From assembly GCA_964485575.1 (NCBI GenBank), contig CAZAJO010000008.1, forward strand, positions 921 to 64,920: a stretch of DNA of 64,000 nt. The letters are read 5' to 3'. The notes under the pieces are model-generated. The model ran no database searches, had not been told where the DNA came from, and saw only the letters and a program-made list of their open reading frames with translations. This document shows, piece after piece, positions 56,065 to 64,000 of the stretch (position 1 is the stretch's first letter; each line of letters opens with the position of its first letter). A program made the translations under genes and the position numbers. Source of the DNA: an uncultured Gammaproteobacteria bacterium. Lineage in GTDB: Bacteria; Patescibacteriota; Microgenomatia; Levybacterales; GWA1-39-11.

Positions 56065-56673
56065 TTAAAGGAAGATAGATTCAATGGCAATTTTTCTATT
56101 TATGTTATTGGTTTTGGTAAGACTCAAAAGAGGTAAAGCTTTCTTACAATAATGAAAATAACTGACTACGTTTTCATCATCGATGCTTTCAAGAAGTAGT
56201 GTCCTTAAAACAGGGATAATTTCATCTAAAGAATAATCCTCTAGAAAAATTGCTGCATCATCTATCGTTCCCCAATCTCCTTTTGTCTTGCATATGTTCC
56301 TTATCAGGCTAGGGAGCTCTTTAATAATAGTTGTTTCAAATCCCACTCTGACAACCGAACATCTGGAACGAATCGTCGGCAACAAATAATCTTCGTTCAT
56401 TGATACAAAAATGAAATAAATATTCTCATTTGCTTCTTCAATATTTTTAAGAAGAGCATTCTGTGCCTCAATAGTAAGAGTACCTCTAAAAACGATCAGT
56501 TTTTTTGTTGGCGTTTTGTAGTTGAGGGATTTTTTTATATTTCTTGCATCTTCAATCTTGATGATTTCATCAATATATTCAGTCTCGAAAGGGGAGAAGA
56601 GATTTTCTATCTGGTATCTCTCTAAATATTCATCCGTAAGTCTTTTGTCACCGATTAATAAGATGCTATTCAT
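56065..56673 (-). CDS. holB: Minimal DNA polymerase III delta-prime-like protein (202 aa)
   Basis: ...AQNALLKNIEEANENIYFIFVSMNEDYLLPTIRSRC... carries the delta-prime TIxSRC and ALLKtLEEP-like motifs. No Walker A. Confidence 0.5.
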   Translation of the reverse strand: MNSILLIGDKRLTDEYLERYQIENLFSPFETEYIDEIIKIEDARNIKKSLNYKTPTKKLIVFRGTLTIEAQNALLKNIEEANENIYFIFVSMNEDYLLPTIRSRCSVVRVGFETTIIKELPSLIRNICKTKGDWGTIDDAAIFLEDYSLDEIIPVLRTLLLESIDDENVVSYFHYCKKALPLLSLTKTNNINRKIAIESIFL

Positions 56674-56707
56674 TCAATTTATTTTATACCATATATAGAA
56701 AGTGTTG

Positions 56708-56736
56708 TTGACGGCAATGGCAATTTCAACTACGAT
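56708..56736 (+). promoter_or_regulatory. Candidate promoter TTGACG-N17-TACGAT for pilB-pilT-pilC
   Basis: -35 at 56708-56713 and -10 at 56731-56736. A 5'UTR hairpin ccgctt-ttagg-aagcgg follows, then SD GAGGA at 56771-56775. Confidence 0.45.
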
Positions 56737-56781
56737 AAATGTACCGCTTTTAGGAAGCGGGGTTTGTAGTGAGGAAAAACT

Positions 56782-58527
56782 ATGCCTACTGTCCAAAATC
56801 AATTTAACGCCCCTGTTGATAGTGCTGGGCCAAGTATTGGAAGTATCCTTGTCCAAGAAAAACTCTTAAGCCCAGAACAATTCGCAAATCTTAAGGTTGA
56901 GGCAGCAAAGCAAAATATTGATATTGATAAGCTTATCCACGATCTTCAGATCATCCCCGAAGAGAAATATTTCGAAGCACAAGCAAAAATGCTCAATGTC
57001 CCCTTTACAAGCGTAACTACTCTTCCTTTTTCACCTGAAGCTCTTGGATTTATTCCAAAATCTGTGGCAGAAAGGTTTAATCTCATTCCGTTCGCATTTG
57101 ATAGGGAGGCAAAAGTTCTATCTGTTGTCATGAGCAACACAAATGATGTTGAGGCTATTGAATTTATTAAGCAAAAAACTGGCGCAACTATCAAGGTGTT
57201 CCAGGGAATTCCTACCGAAGTTACACAGGCTATACAGACCCAATACAGTTTCGGGCTGGTTGGTGAAGTTAAAGCAGCTCTCAAAGAAAGCGAGAAAATC
57301 CAAAAAGTTAAAACTTTTGATTTACAAAGCATTTCAGAGGTTATTAAAGAAGCACCTATAGCCAAAATAGTTTCTACAATTCTTGAGTATGCTGTTAAGA
57401 GTAGAGCTTCTGATATACATCTTGAGCCTCAAGAGGATAGAGTGAGAGTGAGATACAGGATAGATGGCATCCTTTATGAGAGGCTATCTTTGCCGTTAGG
57501 AGTAAGTGAAGCCGTTATTTCTCGTGTCAAAATTTTATCGGGTCTTAAAATTGACGAGCATAGAACTCCCCAGGATGGTCGTTTTAATTTTAAGGTTGCA
57601 GAAGAGGAGGTTGATCTTCGTGTAAGTTCACTTCCGACTGTTTTTGGTGAAAAAATTGTCATGAGGTTGCTTCGAAAATCCGGGGGAGTACCGACTCTTA
57701 ATGACCTTGGCCTGGGAGGAACATCCCTAAGGACACTTGAAGCTGCCATGCTTCGTCCTCATGGAATCATTCTTGTCTGCGGACCTACCGGATCTGGTAA
57801 AACAACGACTCTTTATGCAGTCCTGTCAAAACTCAATACGACAAGAGTAAATATTCTCACCCTAGAAGATCCTGTCGAATACCAAATTCCTGGCGCCAAT
57901 CAAGTTCAGATCAATGATGATGTAGGCCTTACTTTTGCCACAGGTCTCCGGGCATTTTTGAGGCAAGATCCGAATATCATACTCGTAGGAGAGATTCGTG
58001 ACAAAGAGACGACAGAACTTGCCATACAGGCTTCATTGACCGGACATTTAGTGTTCTCGACACTTCACACTGATAGCGCATCAGGAGCTCTTCCTCGTCT
58101 TATCGATATGGGTGCAGAAACTTTTCTTCTTGCCTCAACGATCAATGCGACGATGGGACAACGTATCGCAAGAAAGATATGCTCTCATTGCAAGATTGAA
58201 TACACCCCGCCACCTGAGATCATTGAAGAGATGAGAAAAGTTCTCGGCCCACTGATGCCAAAAGGTAATGGTGCACCTATAAAACTATTTAAAGGTTCAG
58301 GATGCGAGGTTTGTGGCCACTCAGGATTCTTGGGTCGGGTCGGAATCTATGAAGTAATGGCTATCAGTGAAGGGATTGCAAAACTCATCTTAGAGAGAAA
58401 AGACAGTACGACAATTGAGACAAAAGCCAAGGAAGAGGGAATGATTACAATGAAACAAGATGGATACCTCAAGGTTCTTTCCGGAGTAACAACAATCGAT
58501 GAGATTCTAAGAGTTGCGCAGGAATAA
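56782..58527 (+). CDS. pilB: Type IV pilus assembly ATPase PilB (GspE family)
   Basis: Walker A GPTGSGKTTT and tetracysteine CSHCK...CEVCGHSG. N-terminal GSPII_E N-domain. Confidence 0.9.
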   Translation: MPTVQNQFNAPVDSAGPSIGSILVQEKLLSPEQFANLKVEAAKQNIDIDKLIHDLQIIPEEKYFEAQAKMLNVPFTSVTTLPFSPEALGFIPKSVAERFNLIPFAFDREAKVLSVVMSNTNDVEAIEFIKQKTGATIKVFQGIPTEVTQAIQTQYSFGLVGEVKAALKESEKIQKVKTFDLQSISEVIKEAPIAKIVSTILEYAVKSRASDIHLEPQEDRVRVRYRIDGILYERLSLPLGVSEAVISRVKILSGLKIDEHRTPQDGRFNFKVAEEEVDLRVSSLPTVFGEKIVMRLLRKSGGVPTLNDLGLGGTSLRTLEAAMLRPHGIILVCGPTGSGKTTTLYAVLSKLNTTRVNILTLEDPVEYQIPGANQVQINDDVGLTFATGLRAFLRQDPNIILVGEIRDKETTELAIQASLTGHLVFSTLHTDSASGALPRLIDMGAETFLLASTINATMGQRIARKICSHCKIEYTPPPEIIEEMRKVLGPLMPKGNGAPIKLFKGSGCEVCGHSGFLGRVGIYEVMAISEGIAKLILERKDSTTIETKAKEEGMITMKQDGYLKVLSGVTTIDEILRVAQE

Positions 58528-58529
58528 AT

Positions 58530-59597
58530 ATGGACATCAATCAATTATTAGAAAAGGCCATCACAACAAATGCTTCAGACCTTCATCTTATGGTCGGTGT
58601 ACCTCCCGTGTACAGAATAAATGGAGCACTCCAGCAGCTATCTACTGTACCACCACTTACGGATCAACAACTTGAGCAAATGGTCATGTCTTTGCTCTCC
58701 CCAGCACAAAAAGATATGTTTGTCACCAACCGCGCTCTGGATTTCTCGTATGGGTATGGGGGTGGAAATTTTGGAGATAAAGGTAGATTTAGGGTCAACG
58801 TTTATTACCAAAGAAATTCAGTTGCTGCAGCATTTAGACTACTTCCTCCGAAAGTAAAGACAATAGAAGAACTTCGCCTCCCCCCTATTTGTCACAAGCT
58901 AGCTACTCTAAAGCATGGATTTGTATTGATCACAGGACCGACCGGACATGGTAAGACAACTACAATTGCCTCAATAGTTAATGAAATAAATATGACAAGA
59001 GCCGCAAACATTCTAACAGTTGAGGATCCAATAGAATATGTCTTTCCCAAGGGAAGAAGCATAATATCTCAAAGAGAACTTGGACACGACACATTATCCT
59101 GGGCTGAAAGTCTTAAAAGCGCACTACGGGAAGACCCCGATGTTGTTATTGTAGGCGAAATGAGGGACCCCGAAAGCATAGCAAGTGCTATAACTATTGC
59201 CGAAACTGGCCACTTAGTACTGTCAACGCTTCACACAAATTCGGCTGCACAAACAATAGACAGAATAATCGACTCATTTCCAGAAGCCCAACAAAATCAG
59301 GTAAAGATCCAACTCGCGGCAACACTTGAAGCAGTAGTATCCCAAAGACTGATTCCAACGATTGATGGTCTAAGGATTGTTGCAACTGAAGTTCTTCTTG
59401 CCACAAATGCAGTCAGGGCCAACATCCGAGAAGGTAAGACTCACTTGATAGATTCGACGATCGAGACGTCTTCAGAAGAGGGAATGAACTCACTTGAAGC
59501 ATCTCTCGCACAACTCGTTAAGGAAGGCATCATAACCCTTGATGTTGCACAAGCTTATGCATTAAGACCTGATAGCCTTGCCCGCATGATGGGATAG
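58530..59597 (+). CDS. pilT: Twitching-motility retraction ATPase PilT
   Basis: GFVLITGPTGHGKTTT and ...DPDVVIVGEMRD.... Confidence 0.9.
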   Translation: MDINQLLEKAITTNASDLHLMVGVPPVYRINGALQQLSTVPPLTDQQLEQMVMSLLSPAQKDMFVTNRALDFSYGYGGGNFGDKGRFRVNVYYQRNSVAAAFRLLPPKVKTIEELRLPPICHKLATLKHGFVLITGPTGHGKTTTIASIVNEINMTRAANILTVEDPIEYVFPKGRSIISQRELGHDTLSWAESLKSALREDPDVVIVGEMRDPESIASAITIAETGHLVLSTLHTNSAAQTIDRIIDSFPEAQQNQVKIQLAATLEAVVSQRLIPTIDGLRIVATEVLLATNAVRANIREGKTHLIDSTIETSSEEGMNSLEASLAQLVKEGIITLDVAQAYALRPDSLARMMG

Positions 59598-59601
59598 AAC
59601 T

Positions 59602-60804
59602 ATGGATTATTCATTCGTTGCAGCTGACAAGCAAGGACTCAAACAAAAAGGAAAACTTGAGGCCAATGATCAAAAAGAGGTAGTTGATTACCTTCGGTCG
59701 AAAGAGTTAACCCCACTTGAAGTAAAGAGTCTTGAGAAGAGGGAAAGTAGTCTCATGGGTTATTTTTCCCGTGTCAAAGGGAATGACATCGTTCTTTTTA
59801 CCAGACAACTTGCTTCAATGATCCTAACCGGTCTTACCGTTATTGAGAGCTTGAATATTCTAAAGCAACAGAACAATAAACCACAGATGCAAAAGATTGT
59901 CGATGATCTTATAGCAAATCTTTCAGAAGGAAAACCATTATCAACTGCTCTTGCAAATTATCCGGCAGTTTTTTCGACCACCTATATTGCCCTTATAAAA
60001 TCGGCAGAAGAGGGTGGTATCTTGGATAAAGTGCTTGCCCGTCTTGCCGACAATCTTGAAAAGTCAGAAGAAATCCACAAACGGGTAAAATCAGCTCTCT
60101 TTTACCCAGGGATCATTATCTCCGGTGTAGTAATTGTTATCGTCATGATGAATGTTTTTGTTATCCCACAAATGGGTGCATTATACGAAAGTCTTGATCT
60201 TCAGTTGCCTATCATGACTAGGATTGTTCTTGCTGGATCAAAATTGACGACAACACTTCTTCCTTTCTCTATCTTTTTTATTATTGGCGGGTATTTTGGT
60301 TTTAAGAGATTTGCAAAAACAGTAACAGGCATTCGGATTATCGATAAAATAAAGTTAAGAGCTCCAGTTTTTGGGGACATCATGAGGTTATCTATCTTAA
60401 GTGAGGTATCAAGAACCATCTCATTGCTGGTAAATTCCGGCGCATCCCTTATTGGAGCATTAAATATTGCCGCAGATGTTTCAGGAAATGTCTATTACAA
60501 AAGCGCTCTCAAAGGAACGAGCTCTCTTGTTGAAAAAGGAGCTGGACTGTCGGTCGCTTTACAAAATCAGATGATATTTCCACCTTTAATGATACAAATG
60601 GTAAAAGTTGGAGAATCTACCGGAAAAATTGACGAATCCCTTCTGAAAGTAAGTGAATATTTTGAAAGAGATCTTGATATTAAGGTAAAGACTCTTACGA
60701 CCTCCATAGAACCTATCCTTATCATCATTCTAGGAGTCTCTGTAGCATTCCTTATTATCTCAGTTATTACCCCTATATATTCACTGGTATCTCAAATCCA
60801 GTAG
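59602..60804 (+). CDS. pilC: Type IV pilus platform protein PilC (GspF family)
   Basis: 400 aa with two GspF-type repeats and three TM segments. Confidence 0.85.
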   Translation: MDYSFVAADKQGLKQKGKLEANDQKEVVDYLRSKELTPLEVKSLEKRESSLMGYFSRVKGNDIVLFTRQLASMILTGLTVIESLNILKQQNNKPQMQKIVDDLIANLSEGKPLSTALANYPAVFSTTYIALIKSAEEGGILDKVLARLADNLEKSEEIHKRVKSALFYPGIIISGVVIVIVMMNVFVIPQMGALYESLDLQLPIMTRIVLAGSKLTTTLLPFSIFFIIGGYFGFKRFAKTVTGIRIIDKIKLRAPVFGDIMRLSILSEVSRTISLLVNSGASLIGALNIAADVSGNVYYKSALKGTSSLVEKGAGLSVALQNQMIFPPLMIQMVKVGESTGKIDESLLKVSEYFERDLDIKVKTLTTSIEPILIIILGVSVAFLIISVITPIYSLVSQIQ

Positions 60805-61342
60805 GAAGCGGGTAGGTATAAAGAGTCGCATTTTTAACATCATATCCATCTCTGCGCTCATCAGTTGACGGGAGTACACCATCCAAAACCCCTATCACCC
60901 AACCATGACAGACAAATAAAGGTTTTTCATTAGGATACTCCTCTAGAATATCCCTAAATTCTCCAATAATACGAGTCCTAAAATCCTCGTGCGATTCGCC
61001 GTTTGGAGGCGTTAGTAGGTGCCATTGCCTTCCATGGGTTTCTTCCATTTCAGAAACATATCTCGTCTCGAAATCTCCTAGATTTCTTTCTGATAAGTTG
61101 GGGCGTACTACTATCGGTAGGTTGTCGAATGCAAAAGAAATCATCTGGGCGGACGTAAGGGCTCTTCTGAGAGGGGACGTAAAGATTTTCGTTATTTCAA
61201 CATCTTTAAGCTCTCTGATAAGTTGTTCTACCTGTTCTATGCCAGTAGGAGACAAGGGTCTATCCTGACTTCCCTGAACACGCTTGATCTTATTCCATTC
61301 AGTTTCACCGTGCCTGACTAAATGTATAACTCGTTCACTCAT
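60773..61342 (-). CDS. Histidine phosphatase (PGAM-like) family protein
   Basis: LVRHGETEWN catalytic His motif. The 3' end overlaps pilC by 32 nt. Confidence 0.8.
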   Translation of the reverse strand: MSERVIHLVRHGETEWNKIKRVQGSQDRPLSPTGIEQVEQLIRELKDVEITKIFTSPLRRALTSAQMISFAFDNLPIVVRPNLSERNLGDFETRYVSEMEETHGRQWHLLTPPNGESHEDFRTRIIGEFRDILEEYPNEKPLFVCHGWVIGVLDGVLPSTDERRDGYDVKNATLYTYPLPTGFEIPVNI

Positions 61343-61475
61343 AAGGGAATATTATACATCGCTATGAGCTCAAAACCAATACCGTGAAGTTTGCCATATC
61401 GCTTCAAATCTGATACAATATTTTATATTCTTATAATCTTTTGAATTCATTTTGAAACTAAAAACACTTCCCAAC

Positions 61476-61504
61476 TTGCAACATCCAAATCATTTCTATA
61501 CAAT
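61476..61504 (+). promoter_or_regulatory. Candidate promoter TTGCAA-N17-TACAAT for gyrB
   Basis: -35 at 61476-61481 and -10 at 61499-61504, 16 nt before the ATG. Confidence 0.4.
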
Positions 61505-61517
61505 TGTTTTTTGTTGA

Positions 61518-63473
<1,956 letters not shown>

Positions 63474-63491
63474 GGGGGTGACAATTAAATT

Positions 63492-64000
63492 ATGAAATTA
63501 ACAACAGGAGACAAAGCGCCAGAGTTAGTAAACGTACTAATTGAGGTGCCTTTAGACAGCAAAGTAAAATACGAGTTTGATAAAGAAACAGAGATGGTTA
63601 CCGTTGACCGGTTCCTTTATTTTGACAAAGGTTATCCAGCAAACTATGGTTTCATTCCAAACACATTGTCAGGAGATGGTGACCCAGTTGATGTTTTGGT
63701 CCTTGCACCTTACTCTTTAGCGCCAGGGGTTGTCATTGTTGCAAAACCGATTGGGATGCTTGAGACTGAGGATGAAAAAGGAATGGACGCCAAGCTTGTT
63801 GCAGTACCAACAGAAAAAGCAAACCCAGAATTTGGAAAGTATAATGACATTTCCGAACTTCCGGCAGAAATTACAGAATCAATCAAATACTTTTTTGAGA
63901 ACTACAAGAAAAATGAACCTGGTAAATGGGTGAAAGTAAGTGGATGGAAGGGTAGAGAAGACGCTTTAAAGGAAATTACTGACGGCATAACCAATGCCGC
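63492..64000 (+). CDS. ppa: Inorganic pyrophosphatase (family I), 3'-truncated by the window end
   Basis: ...YPANYGFIPNTLSGDGDPVDVLVL... is the family I PPase signature. Confidence 0.85.
   Translation, partial: MKLTTGDKAPELVNVLIEVPLDSKVKYEFDKETEMVTVDRFLYFDKGYPANYGFIPNTLSGDGDPVDVLVLAPYSLAPGVVIVAKPIGMLETEDEKGMDAKLVAVPTEKANPEFGKYNDISELPAEITESIKYFFENYKKNEPGKWVKVSGWKGREDALKEITDGITNA

Noticed and set aside
56674-56856. 60-aa minus-strand ORF upstream of holB
   Set aside because: It overlaps the pilB promoter, 5'UTR and start, has no signal, and is likely spurious.

Overview
This 64-kb window looks like a small-genome, low-GC, monoderm-type bacterium. The missing pilQ secretin, minimal holB, an IVS-type four-helix-bundle gene, a DUF2723 membrane protein and leaderless-style promoters suggest a Patescibacteria/CPR-like lineage (Saccharibacteria is one candidate). 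The taxonomic call is inference only.

(1) Positions 2-26113 on the minus strand hold one uninterrupted giant ORF of about 8,700 codons. Its start codon is at 26111-26113 and its 3' end runs off the window. It encodes a Thr/Gly/Asn/Ser/Ala-rich, multi-tier repetitive surface protein. The N-terminus is an excisionase/MerR-like HTH (HTH_17-like) followed by a single transmembrane helix. Every plus-strand Val/Pro-rich ORF in the supplied track over this region is an antisense shadow of that gene.

(2) A 487-bp AT-rich spacer separates the giant gene from an F-type ATP synthase block atpF-atpH-atpA-atpG-atpD-atpC on the minus strand. No adjacent atpB or atpE is present. The alpha and beta subunits carry Pro/Gln/Thr-rich C-terminal tails.

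(3) A block of miscellaneous genes follows. It holds a PhnB/VOC-like protein with a clean rho-independent terminator, a small HEXXH protein, a secreted protein with a C-terminal two-helix anchor, and a 7-TM membrane protein paired divergently with an orphan CheY-like receiver. It also holds a GH130-like glycosidase, three NUDIX hydrolases flanking a class A PBP, tyrS, recG, and rpmF-nusB-rnc and rpsP-KH-trmD operons. The candidate promoters for these lie only 5-11 nt from the start codons.

(4) A 14-kb type IV pilus supercluster sits on the minus strand. It comprises pilO-pilN-pilM, a PilX-like gene, six prepilin genes, an inserted four-helix-bundle gene, pilD, a DUF2723/TMEM260-like GT-C membrane protein with TPR repeats, and a minimal holB. 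pilB-pilT-pilC are transcribed divergently, and no pilQ secretin is present.

(5) A histidine phosphatase, gyrB and a partial inorganic pyrophosphatase close the window.

No rRNA, tRNA, CRISPR array or mobile element was recognised. The two things most worth follow-up are the HTH-anchored giant repeat protein and the pilus locus with its embedded candidate protein O-glycosyltransferase.
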